DNA of 64,000 nucleotides from Bdellovibrio sp. (lineage in GTDB: Bacteria; Bdellovibrionota; Bdellovibrionia; Bdellovibrionales; Bdellovibrionaceae), in NCBI GenBank assembly GCA_036676395.1, contig JAKFCY010000002.1, positions 2,368,001 through 2,432,000 of the forward strand, written 5' to 3'. This document shows positions 20,001 through 28,602 of the stretch, piece by piece (position 1 is the first letter of the stretch; the number at the start of each line of letters is the position of its first letter). Below the pieces are notes generated by a model. It had not been told where the DNA came from and searched no databases. It saw only the letters and a program-made list of their open reading frames with translations. Both the position numbers and the translations under genes were made by a program.

Positions 20001-20101
20001 GCAATTAAGGTTGTAGTTTTACCAGCGCCCGCACCGGCGCGGATGAATTGCACTTTATTCTGGGCTAGCGAAAAATCTATTTCAGGTTTTTGACTCGACA
20101 T
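17060..20101 (-). CDS. addA: AddA-like UvrD helicase / PD-(D/E)XK nuclease
   Basis: Walker A AGAGAGKTT, TFTKKA, VDEYQDTS, VGDPQQSIYLFRGA, TVHGSKGLQF, LYVAMTRA; C-terminal GQID...DYKTG nuclease. Confidence 0.88.
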   Translation of the reverse strand: MSSQKPEIDFSLAQNKVQFIRAGAGAGKTTTLIATCIAFAKQFKAKNNRYPKIIITTFTKKATQEIKERLIIEALETKDEELFQYFNKKSFVQIGTIHNILNLFLRQHSEAIGLPADLTIVNDYKIFFALKKHIKGVFEKNPQYQTLLDHFRFDQLMQLLLKASSLKLENPMFKAASLATLQQAANIEKQIVLATLELFLAGANSYPEKWLPHIDFLKSVKKAILDQNYDDLMQAYETKPTKFRLSKKAEIDEELNDAIGDIFKEPLSPMCFDQYLKVADQINTLFSELASEAASFIDRLRLDSGEMSISDLELLSMKIITESPQAMQAFASQFDFIMVDEYQDTSPLQVKILNQLMQDKFQFIVGDPQQSIYLFRGARSEVFTNKEKEINQQGFVTTQKMQNYRSHPRLMSFMNDFFEGYSRQFMPMQTKSDDFTARAFPEATLITTIEHEYGSIVTQAMNLHKKGIPFSDITVLFKKNSDILDFAKYANQFNLPVQVQISKGFEDKSEVGDLLALLRFLINPFDNHNLIRLSRAPWFNISDQEIIELRQDETTTSFWLQLKRNNHPVYQNLKEIEKCYLEKGVSEAIFYFINQSVFLDASAYFDPTSLREANIWKFLQTVMANEVRTDFNLSDFVNNELTQFNSDLSSSDGEGVPLFAANRVSLMTVHGSKGLQFKHVIISGFNLAVRNSGTDVFTFDEESAQFSLKVQLPQFDKGFATSWADLVFQKFLIRAREENDRVLYVAMTRAIDSLTMIREQAKNPPKNSWLEKINWAPEQFESDKYSVEFIEMNEEPQVLALENQNQAADLKPLEMAKDYRVSAGVTSLVSAELPYEKEATTAKPEQLAEELSEQTVKAYNKTQKGTDLHKFFESLKYNQVSEIDRNLSDVDRKALQWLIDQQEVNLRELFDRGHVEWGFGLQVKTADNTRMVQGQIDAWGYVGDDLYILDYKTGSTKYLRQAFDQLRAYAGCLKQMGMVSKDQRIRLAVIYPFEQKVKFEDIFEQNVHLEFAT

Positions 20102-22785
20102 GTGTCTTCCCATTCGCATTTTTCGCAAACTTTTCTATCACGTGGTTTAACTGCGTAACTGTTCTTTTCAATACTGGTAAAGATATCTTTCATTTTATCG
20201 TGAAATGACGAATAAATTGCAGTTTGGGTTTCTGGCTCAATCAAAGTTTTTTTAGTGTATTCAACGTGATCTTTAAAAACATTGTCATTTGTCAGTAAAT
20301 AGCCATATTGCTGCTCTAGTGTTTTATAGAAATAATAAATGGCACCGACGTTTTTAATGCCGAACATCTGCTCAACCGCTAAAGAATACAATAACAACTG
20401 AAATTCTGAGTTATCTACCCATTTTTCAGCAAAGCTGGTGTCGCTTGATTTACTGGATTTATAATCGATGACCATCCCCTGCTGGGTCTTTTCATCGATG
20501 TCCAAACGATCCAGGCGTCCGCGAATCATAAAGTGTTCACCTTCGGGCTGAGTTTGGGTAAATTCGAATTTCACTAAATCGTAATAAACTTGCACGACCT
20601 CTTCGGTTTTATGGCGAAGAGATGTGAATGCGCTTAGACGAGCTTTTTCAACGGCGATAAACTTTAAACCGGTCGCGACTAATTTTTCTTTATGCGGCCC
20701 CCAAAAGACATCTAAAAACGGAAATAAATTTCTGGTCGTACGTTCTTTTTCTAAATGTTCTGATAATTCTTTTTCGCCAATTGTTAAATAGTTTTTATCC
20801 TGCACGATGAATTTGAACAGATCGTGAATCAGCGTGCCTTTTTGGCGCGGGTCAATTTCTAAACCCAGCTGATCAAACTGCTGCAGGCGAAACCCCTTAC
20901 GCGCTAAAAATTTAAATGAACATTGAGCGTAAGATTCTAAATCAGTCGGCGCTAAAGTTTTAAATTTAAGATTGGTGATCTCTAAATCTTCAGCCTTTAT
21001 TTCTAAATTTAATTTTCTTTTTAACTCTGGATGCTTATCTGGACTGAATTGCTGCTGTTTAATATCCACTAACGTTGCTGGATAATTTATAGCTTCAGGC
21101 TTTTTGTTATTTTCTAAAAAGAATAACGACGTCGTTAAGGGTTCACCTGTCGCCGACACATGCGCACAGGTAAAGTGCTGCTCTTTACACTGAGCCATCG
21201 CATACCAACGTAAGTTAAAATCAGCGTGTGATTCTTCAGGGTAATCTAGCGCTAGATCGAAAGTCTTTTTAAGCTCTTCGATATCTGCTAGCGGGATGAG
21301 CGACGTTTGTTTGCCTTTTAAACCAGATTCATCAAGCCCCACCCATAAGCGATGGGTGGCTTCTAACACTTGCGCCGAATTGATCGGAAGAATCTGAACA
21401 CCTGATTTTGTTGTCTGTTCAACTTTGATTTCTTTTTTTGCTAAGCGCGAGCTCAACAGTGTTAACCAATCAGATAGCCTTAGGCGCACATCTACTGTTT
21501 GCTGGATAAAATCTTTGATAATGCCTTGAAGAAGTTTTTTATGTTCTAAACTTTGATCAACGGTGATCCACGAATGCAACATGGCTACTAAAAACTGATC
21601 GCGCTTTAATTTTTCATCAAGATTAATCTTTTGATAAAACAGGTCTTTAGCTGAACCAAGTCTTGCAAGGTCTGCATCATCTAATAATTCAACAAAGGCT
21701 GCCTTAAACTTTTCAAATTGTTGTAAGTTCGACTGTTCGACATAACTTGCGTAAGACATTTCAAGCTTTGACCATGTTACATTTATGGTTTGCGCATGAA
21801 TCGTTGATAACCAGCGCTGAATCACGCCAAGACTAATCAGTGAACTGACAAGATCTTTTTGCGTGTGAATACCTTCTGCTTCTAGATGAAATTTTAAAAT
21901 CGGCCAGTAATCTTCAATACGTGGTGATAATACCAAGATGTTTTCTGGAGCGACGCCCTCAGTAATCCATTGGCGAATTCTTGTCGTGATATATTTAATT
22001 TCGTTAATTTCTGAATTAAAACGAATAAAATTTTGCGGCACTAATTTTTTAATCGCATCGGCAGTGCCGCCAGCAGTTGCTGTGGCAAAGCCGCTGTAAT
22101 CTTTGTAAGTGTTTAAAATGTAATGAAATTTATTTTTCCATTCGGGATCAGGCACCACAACTTCGATATGGTTATCGCGTGATAATGTATTTAAAATACC
22201 CATCTCTAAAGAAGTCATTTGCGAGCCTAAATCAAAAACCAATTTCTTAGACCAGACGATTTTTTCTAAACCCAATTTTTGTAAATAACTAACAATCCAG
22301 GCTGATTCGATACAGTTGTGTTCTTGCGCAATATAGTCTAAACACTTTTGCGCTAAACCGATCCATTTGCTCCACTGAGGCTTAATTTCTTTTTCTTCGA
22401 TCCAGTCAGCTAAGACTTCATGTGAATGGGGGTGTAATAACAGCGGGGCCAGGTCGCTGACGTACTTATAAAGCGTTTTAGCTTCGTGCGACTGAATATT
22501 ATCGTCTTCGCCATACAGTTCGATAAACTGGCCGATCAGAATCCGAATAAACTCACTGGATACGATTTGCGTGCTGGGTGAAAGCCTGCGCATCCACATT
22601 TTCCAAAAATCAGAAACGCGCAAGATGGCTTCATCCGAATAGAAGCCGTACTTATCAATGCACTGTTGTTGGATTTCTTGTTTTGATTTTAAATCTGAAA
22701 CCACCCAAGTGGTAGTTTGTGGATTGAATTCATTTAGTTTAATTCGAATATCGTCTGGATGTTTAACTACAGTGAATTCTAGCAT
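20077..22785 (-). CDS. addB: AddB-like PD-(D/E)XK nuclease subunit with Fe-S staple
   Basis: Degenerate helicase N-part; CSF, GRLDRLD, IDYKS, QLLLY and C-terminal CEKCEWEDTC; overlaps addA. Confidence 0.82.
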   Translation of the reverse strand: MLEFTVVKHPDDIRIKLNEFNPQTTTWVVSDLKSKQEIQQQCIDKYGFYSDEAILRVSDFWKMWMRRLSPSTQIVSSEFIRILIGQFIELYGEDDNIQSHEAKTLYKYVSDLAPLLLHPHSHEVLADWIEEKEIKPQWSKWIGLAQKCLDYIAQEHNCIESAWIVSYLQKLGLEKIVWSKKLVFDLGSQMTSLEMGILNTLSRDNHIEVVVPDPEWKNKFHYILNTYKDYSGFATATAGGTADAIKKLVPQNFIRFNSEINEIKYITTRIRQWITEGVAPENILVLSPRIEDYWPILKFHLEAEGIHTQKDLVSSLISLGVIQRWLSTIHAQTINVTWSKLEMSYASYVEQSNLQQFEKFKAAFVELLDDADLARLGSAKDLFYQKINLDEKLKRDQFLVAMLHSWITVDQSLEHKKLLQGIIKDFIQQTVDVRLRLSDWLTLLSSRLAKKEIKVEQTTKSGVQILPINSAQVLEATHRLWVGLDESGLKGKQTSLIPLADIEELKKTFDLALDYPEESHADFNLRWYAMAQCKEQHFTCAHVSATGEPLTTSLFFLENNKKPEAINYPATLVDIKQQQFSPDKHPELKRKLNLEIKAEDLEITNLKFKTLAPTDLESYAQCSFKFLARKGFRLQQFDQLGLEIDPRQKGTLIHDLFKFIVQDKNYLTIGEKELSEHLEKERTTRNLFPFLDVFWGPHKEKLVATGLKFIAVEKARLSAFTSLRHKTEEVVQVYYDLVKFEFTQTQPEGEHFMIRGRLDRLDIDEKTQQGMVIDYKSSKSSDTSFAEKWVDNSEFQLLLYSLAVEQMFGIKNVGAIYYFYKTLEQQYGYLLTNDNVFKDHVEYTKKTLIEPETQTAIYSSFHDKMKDIFTSIEKNSYAVKPRDRKVCEKCEWEDTCRVKNLK

Positions 22786-22802
22786 GCTTCCGATAGTTTA
22801 TA

Positions 22803-23912
22803 CTATCTTCGCTGCTGAAGTCGCCTTTTTTTTCCGTCGGTATTTGTTAACTTGAAGGCTGAATCGAAGTCTAAACTTAAACTTAAGCTCGCTTGGTAGC
22901 GCTCACTTGGAGTTTGACCCGCCGAAGCACCAAGCTCACCCGTGTATTTTGCCACATCAAGCTGCAAAAACCACAAATTCACACCTAAACCATAACTTAA
23001 ATAACCTTGATTATAACCAGCGCGAACATCAATTAAAGCAAAAGACAGTTCAGTTCCTAAGTGTAATTTTTTAGTGATATCGCCGGTATTCCGAATAAAT
23101 TTATACTCAAAGGCATTTGTCCAAGAAATAAAGCCAATTTCTTTTTCAGCAGCCACGCCGAACATTAAATTGTTTTCTTGGCGGTCTGGTCCGACGCTTT
23201 CAGTGGGAGTAAACTTAGTATCCCCCACGTCTTTCCACACAGTGGCGACATCGACATTCCATGATGAACCTTTAAAAGTATAAAGGGCTGATAAATCTAA
23301 CGCGTTTCCTTTACCTTTATTTAATAAATTGGCTTCGATCACATCCATCGCGTCTGAACCGATAAGACTGTTTACAAGAATATCTGCATTACCCTGCCAG
23401 CGTTTAACGTGGCGGCCGGCGATGCCTAATGAAAAATTATCTGTGATCGGAATGGCGCCACCCACTACATAAGCGTAGTCGCTGGTGAAATCCACATTAA
23501 ATGTTGGAAACGATGGATTATTAAATGACATTAAGATCGTGTTATTTGAATAACCACCGACGCCGACATACGGAATAACTAAGCCCGTGGACCCAGTCAC
23601 ATCAGAAAAAATTTGTTTTCCATATAATTCATTTACATCAGACTCATCAAATTCTTCTGAGCCAGACATACTATCTGCAAGATCAGCAGCGTTCGTTGAA
23701 ACCCCAGGACCAAAAGTAATAATATTTAAACTAAAGCCATTCACTCTGGCTAAAGCCGCCGGATTATTAAAAAGCGCATCTGTTCCGCGCGCAAACGCAA
23801 TACCGGTTCCACCCATTCCTAACGAACGCGTTGATTGCCCCATTTGATAAAGCTCAATCGCTAAACCTGGAAGACTTATAAATAATATAAAAAGTGGTAA
23901 TAATAGTTTCAT
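22803..23912 (-). CDS. Outer-membrane beta-barrel (FadL/TraF/PorV-like N-terminal hatch motif)
   Basis: Signal peptide; RSLGMGG...ALFNNPAAL; beta-strand pattern; VRAGYNQGY. Confidence 0.7.
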   Translation of the reverse strand: MKLLLPLFILFISLPGLAIELYQMGQSTRSLGMGGTGIAFARGTDALFNNPAALARVNGFSLNIITFGPGVSTNAADLADSMSGSEEFDESDVNELYGKQIFSDVTGSTGLVIPYVGVGGYSNNTILMSFNNPSFPTFNVDFTSDYAYVVGGAIPITDNFSLGIAGRHVKRWQGNADILVNSLIGSDAMDVIEANLLNKGKGNALDLSALYTFKGSSWNVDVATVWKDVGDTKFTPTESVGPDRQENNLMFGVAAEKEIGFISWTNAFEYKFIRNTGDITKKLHLGTELSFALIDVRAGYNQGYLSYGLGVNLWFLQLDVAKYTGELGASAGQTPSERYQASLSLSLDFDSAFKLTNTDGKKRRLQQRR

Positions 23913-23921
23913 CATAACTCC

Positions 23922-24749
23922 TTACAGTGGGCAAGCCACCAAAAGATCACCCGGAGTGGCTCCAGGCTTATCACCAATACCATAGGTCGTCGTGTTTAAA
24001 AGATTGCGAATGGCAGTGCGCGTGTCTGCCGAAACATTGTCTTTATCAGTAACGGTACAATCTCCGCCTAAATCATTACATACTTCTACCGAATCATTCA
24101 AACTATCAAAAGAAGACGATCCCAACATTGAAGCTGACACATAAGCTAAGTTTGTTACAAAATAACCGTAACCAACAATGATATCATTCATCTGCTCATC
24201 CGTAACCAGAGTGTCATCACAAATCATATCTATTGAATCCATTTCGCCGCTGCCATTATTATCAGTACCATCTTTATCCGCATAAGCACGAATTGAGGCG
24301 CCCATTAAAACTAAACCGGTAATAGCACTAAAAGTATTTTGATTCGCCGTACGCACACCTGGTGCCCCCAAAGTATCAATTGTTTGTAGCGATAATAAAC
24401 AATATTCTGGCGCAGTTGGCACTTGAACAAACGGCTGCATCATAACATCAAAAACCGCAGTACTCGAACTATCTGCTAAAGCAGTAACATACTCGACAAA
24501 ATTAAATCCACATTTACCTGCATAAGCACTGGCTAATAATTCTTTGGCTGGTGCTGATGCTTGGGCAGATGCAGATAATTTATTTGTTAAAACATCAATC
24601 GCATAATCGAAGTCTTGATTATTATTCGCCTTGGTCGCTTCTTCGAAATAATATTCATCAGAAGTTTGCGAACCTAAACCGGACAGGGCGTTTGGCCCAC
24701 ACGAACTGATAAAAATACTAAGTATAATTATAGTAAAAATATTTTTCAT
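23922..24749 (-). CDS. Hypothetical acidic lipoprotein, helical/TPR-like N-part
   Basis: Lipobox ISSC; LASAYAGKCG; several Cys. Confidence 0.7.
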   Translation of the reverse strand: MKNIFTIIILSIFISSCGPNALSGLGSQTSDEYYFEEATKANNNQDFDYAIDVLTNKLSASAQASAPAKELLASAYAGKCGFNFVEYVTALADSSSTAVFDVMMQPFVQVPTAPEYCLLSLQTIDTLGAPGVRTANQNTFSAITGLVLMGASIRAYADKDGTDNNGSGEMDSIDMICDDTLVTDEQMNDIIVGYGYFVTNLAYVSASMLGSSSFDSLNDSVEVCNDLGGDCTVTDKDNVSADTRTAIRNLLNTTTYGIGDKPGATPGDLLVACPL

Positions 24750-24750
24750 A

Positions 24751-25842
24751 TTAAAACCTTATTAAGATGCGGGTTGCGTACCTGCGGTCTTCGACGGGAT
24801 TTTCGGCTGTACCAATTTCTTCACCGTAACTTGAAATTTGCCAAGCAAAACGCTCGGATGAAATTTCAATTCCACCAGTGTAATAGTTTTGGTTCATGCC
24901 TGCTCGTAAGAAAAATAAATCTTTAAAATTAACTTCGGCGCCGATATGCAGACGTTTTGCTGAACCTTCTTCATCGCGCGAGTTTGTGGCATCACGGTAT
25001 TCAACTGTCCAAACGCTACGAATTTTGTTTCCATGAATCGGAAAAAGCGAAATCGCTGCATCTACAGATTGTTTGACTGTTGCCGGTTGTGATGTCGTTG
25101 TGGCACGCACACCATCACGTAAAGTAAATTCGGTATCACCAATATCATGGGCTACAACTGATAATGTCGGCACCCAATGAAATGGTAATTGCACCATCAC
25201 GGCTGCATCATAGGCAATACCTGAACCTTCAGCGGCAATTGTACCTAAATCAAATGGTCCATTTGTTGATAACGTGCCGCTGACAATTTCAATCCGGTTT
25301 AAAGCTTTGGCACTGGCGCCAATTTTAATAACTCCGCCGAAGAGTGAATGGTTCACTGCAAACACAGCTCCTAAATCATTTTGATAAAATGTATCCATCG
25401 AAGTTGTTGCCGTCGAACTGACAACTGCATTTAATTCATTACGATATAATATACCGAAGCCGAAATTCTTTGTGGTAAAACTTGGCGTGAATTGCGCTTT
25501 CGCGTGATAAAATTCGCCCGGATTCAGGGCTAACTGTTCAGCCATGTGTTCGACTTCTATGGCTTTAGTGAAGCTTCCCATACGCACGATATCTGTGAAT
25601 GTGCCTTGGCCTTCTAATTCAGGATCAATGATGGTACCAAAATAGCCGCGAATACTTCCAAGGTTTGCAGGATTTCTATATAAAGAAGTTTCATCACTGG
25701 TTACGCCGATCAGTGCACCACCCATGCCTAAGGCTCTGGTGTTTGTATAACCTTCAACCCATTCATTGGATGCAAAAACTGAGAATGGCATAATCATAGC
25801 CATCGCAAATACTGATAAAATTTTGGTACTTCTTGCACCCAT
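24751..25842 (-). CDS. Outer-membrane beta-barrel, paralog of 22803..23912
   Basis: RALGMGG...SLYRNPANL; LRAGMNQNY; C-terminal Phe. Confidence 0.7.
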   Translation of the reverse strand: MGARSTKILSVFAMAMIMPFSVFASNEWVEGYTNTRALGMGGALIGVTSDETSLYRNPANLGSIRGYFGTIIDPELEGQGTFTDIVRMGSFTKAIEVEHMAEQLALNPGEFYHAKAQFTPSFTTKNFGFGILYRNELNAVVSSTATTSMDTFYQNDLGAVFAVNHSLFGGVIKIGASAKALNRIEIVSGTLSTNGPFDLGTIAAEGSGIAYDAAVMVQLPFHWVPTLSVVAHDIGDTEFTLRDGVRATTTSQPATVKQSVDAAISLFPIHGNKIRSVWTVEYRDATNSRDEEGSAKRLHIGAEVNFKDLFFLRAGMNQNYYTGGIEISSERFAWQISSYGEEIGTAENPVEDRRYATRILIRF

Positions 25843-25885
25843 AATATTAAGTTCCTTCTTAATGATTATCTCACCGTCTACTTAA

Positions 25886-25912
25886 CTATCGGTACAATAT
25901 GGCAGAACTTGA
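25886..25912 (-). promoter_or_regulatory. Putative sigma28 promoter TCAAG-N14-ACCGATAG
   Basis: Upstream of the barrel-lipoprotein-barrel operon, followed by an AAGGA RBS. Confidence 0.55.
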
Positions 25913-25950
25913 ATTAAATTGAGACACTTTGACTGGTTAAAAGGTCACAC

Positions 25951-26553
25951 CTAAGTCGGGTTTTGAGTCAGCCTGGCTACTAAGTTAAAAACTTGTAAAC
26001 TTAGGTCTGCGTTGGTGGTCGAATTATCTAAACAATGATGCGAGCGGTGAATTTTTTCTGACATTGGCAATTGCGCGTTAATACGGGCTAAAGCCTGGGT
26101 GTGAGTCAGATTATTTCGAAGCATAATACGTTCAACCTGCGTTGTTATCGGCGCGTACACTAAAACGATCTGATCAAATTGGGCTTCTAGTTTTTTTTCA
26201 AATAATAAGGGCACGTCATAAAAACATAGCGCTTCGCCTTTAGCTTTATAATCGGTTTTACGGTTTTGCACTTCAGCTTGAATCAAAGGGTGTAAGATTT
26301 GTTCTAACTGCAAAAGTTTTTCTGGATTATTAAAAACGATGTCGCCTAATTTTTTGCGATCAAGACTTTGGTCAGAGTTTAAAAGATCGCTCCCAAAATG
26401 AGACACAATACTTTGGTAGCCTAGACCACCCACTTGGGTGATTTCGTGCGAAATCAGATCTGCGTCAATCACCGGAATGTTTAACGCGACTAAACTATTT
26501 TTGACTGTAGATTTGCCGGTTGCGATACCACCAGTTAAGCCTATCCATTTCAT
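25951..26553 (-). CDS. coaE: Dephospho-CoA kinase
   Basis: IGLTGGIATGKS, IDAD, LEQILHP, DVPLLFE. Confidence 0.95.
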   Translation of the reverse strand: MKWIGLTGGIATGKSTVKNSLVALNIPVIDADLISHEITQVGGLGYQSIVSHFGSDLLNSDQSLDRKKLGDIVFNNPEKLLQLEQILHPLIQAEVQNRKTDYKAKGEALCFYDVPLLFEKKLEAQFDQIVLVYAPITTQVERIMLRNNLTHTQALARINAQLPMSEKIHRSHHCLDNSTTNADLSLQVFNLVARLTQNPT

Positions 26554-26605
26554 ACTGAGTCATCCTATACCTATGTCTATATCATGAATTTGAAACATCT
26601 TTTTG

Positions 26606-26633
26606 TAAAGGTAAGAGTACAGATTGCCGATGA
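26606..26633 (+). promoter_or_regulatory. Putative sigma28 promoter TAAAG-N15-GCCGATGA
   Basis: Near-consensus; ends 8 nt before kinase ATG 26642 with no evident RBS, suggesting a leaderless or very short leader mRNA. Confidence 0.6.
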
Positions 26634-26641
26634 TGACATAG

Positions 26642-28555
26642 ATGTCGAACTTTGAAAAATTTGGTAAATACATACTTTTAGAAAAGTTAGCCGCAGGCGG
26701 TATGGCCGAAGTGTATCTTGCAAAGTCTGTGGGTACGGGCGGCGTTAATAAGTTTGTCGCCATCAAACGTATCTTACCGCAATTTTCATCGAATCAAGAA
26801 TTTATCGATATGTTTCACGAAGAAGCGAAAGTTTCGGTAAATTTAACTCACTCGAACGTGGTTTCTATTTACGAATTTGGTACTGAAAAAGGCCAATTCT
26901 TTATCGTCATGGAATACGTTGAAGGCCGAAACCTGCGCCAGATCATCAATGAATTAAAAAAATTCAACCGCTCAATTAAAATTGAAGAAGCGGTTTATAT
27001 TGTTAAAGAAGCAGCCTCTGGTCTTGATCATGCGCATCGTTGCGTCGATCAACACACCGGCCGCCCTTTAAATATCACTCACCGTGACATGTCTCCGCAA
27101 AATATTATGGTGTCTTTTGATGGCGAAGCCAAAGTTATCGATTTTGGTATCGCTAAAAAAAGTGAAGCCAATGGCGAAGAAACAAAAGCTGGTACCTTAA
27201 AAGGAAAATTTGCTTACATGTCTCCGGAACAAGCTGAAGCCGAAGAAGTTGATCCACGCACTGACGTGTTCGCCTTAGGTATTATCTTGTGGGAACTTTT
27301 AGCGAATGACCGTTTATTCACAGGCTCTAACGAAAACGCGATCTTACGTAAAGTGCGTGAATGTCAAACACCGGCGATTAGAAAAATTAATCCGCTGGTT
27401 CCTGCTGAATTAGAAAGAATTGTAACTAAAGCTTTAGCGAAAGATAAAAACGTTCGTTATCAAACAGCTGCGGCCTTACAAAAAGATTTAAATCGTTTTT
27501 TAAATACCCAGTATCCTGATTTTTCACCACATGATTTCAGTAAAACAGTTGTAGACTGTTTTAAAAATGCCTTCCAAGAAGGCCGTGAAAAATTAATGGT
27601 CTATTCAAAAGTAGAAGTGAATACACCAGAAGCTGCGCCAATTTCATTTGCTCAACCATCTGAAGAAAAATCAGGCTCAACTTCTGAATCACCTAAATCT
27701 GCAGGAGGCGCACCTCCGCCAGTGCCTCTGATGAAGTTAAACCCTAATGAGCCAAAAGGTTTAGGGCAGGAAAATCAACTTAAGATTGATCTTGATGGTA
27801 TTAAAAATGCCAAGACTCAGCAACAGCAGCAACAAAACGTTAAGAATAATGCAAATCGCGGCATAATGCCAAAACCGATGTCGAACGAAACTAACGTTGG
27901 CCAAGGTACAAAAATTACCCAAAACACGCGCATCAACTACCCTGCTTCAAATAATAATGAATCAATGGCAGATATTGTGATGAAATTAGTTATTATCGTG
28001 GCGATGGGTCTTGCTGGATTTTATGGTTATAACAAATACGTAAATCCAAAACCTAAGATGGCTAAAAAACAACAAATCGAAGAAGGCCAAGTCGACCTAT
28101 CAGCGACTGCAGCTGTTAAAGTTTCGATTTCAAGCCAGCCAAGCGGCGCTCGTATTTTTCTAGATGGCTTAGATTCTGGCCGGTCGACTCCGGCTATTGT
28201 CACGGTTACGGCTAATAAAGATACAAAAATTACTTTAAAAAAAGAAAGCTACTATCAATACGAAATCACTAAATCGTTTAATGATACAGGTATTCTAACA
28301 ACGACATTACAGCAGATGCCACAAGCTGGATTTATTAACATCAACGTGCAAAACGGTGGTGCTAAGCCTGTAATTTATGTGAACAACCAGCGTTTATCTG
28401 AACAACCTCCGATCAAACGTTATGCTGTAACTGCAGATTCGCAAGTGACAGTGAGCGCGGTCAATCCGATCACGCAACTAAAAGATGAAATTACCGTTAA
28501 AGTTGAATCTAACAAAGAAGTAAATGTGGATTTAATTTTAGGGCGCACAAAATAA
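26642..28555 (+). CDS. Membrane Hanks-type Ser/Thr protein kinase with periplasmic PEGA domain
   Basis: GGMAEVY, VAIK, HRDMSPQN, DFGIAK, YMSPEQ; one TM segment; SQPSGARIFLDG (PEGA). Confidence 0.92.
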   Translation: MSNFEKFGKYILLEKLAAGGMAEVYLAKSVGTGGVNKFVAIKRILPQFSSNQEFIDMFHEEAKVSVNLTHSNVVSIYEFGTEKGQFFIVMEYVEGRNLRQIINELKKFNRSIKIEEAVYIVKEAASGLDHAHRCVDQHTGRPLNITHRDMSPQNIMVSFDGEAKVIDFGIAKKSEANGEETKAGTLKGKFAYMSPEQAEAEEVDPRTDVFALGIILWELLANDRLFTGSNENAILRKVRECQTPAIRKINPLVPAELERIVTKALAKDKNVRYQTAAALQKDLNRFLNTQYPDFSPHDFSKTVVDCFKNAFQEGREKLMVYSKVEVNTPEAAPISFAQPSEEKSGSTSESPKSAGGAPPPVPLMKLNPNEPKGLGQENQLKIDLDGIKNAKTQQQQQQNVKNNANRGIMPKPMSNETNVGQGTKITQNTRINYPASNNNESMADIVMKLVIIVAMGLAGFYGYNKYVNPKPKMAKKQQIEEGQVDLSATAAVKVSISSQPSGARIFLDGLDSGRSTPAIVTVTANKDTKITLKKESYYQYEITKSFNDTGILTTTLQQMPQAGFININVQNGGAKPVIYVNNQRLSEQPPIKRYAVTADSQVTVSAVNPITQLKDEITVKVESNKEVNVDLILGRTK

Positions 28556-28602
28556 TATAAAAATAAATTCAAACAAAAATACAACAAGAGACGGCCACCA
28601 CC

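Noticed and set aside
17060..22785. Helicase-nuclease pair as an anti-phage defence system
   Set aside because: Motifs, gene order and the Fe-S cysteines fit the housekeeping AddAB recombination complex.
22803..25842. TraF-like barrels as evidence of a conjugative element
   Set aside because: No relaxase, VirB4/TraC, coupling protein, integrase or att sites; the hatch motif is shared by many non-conjugative barrels.
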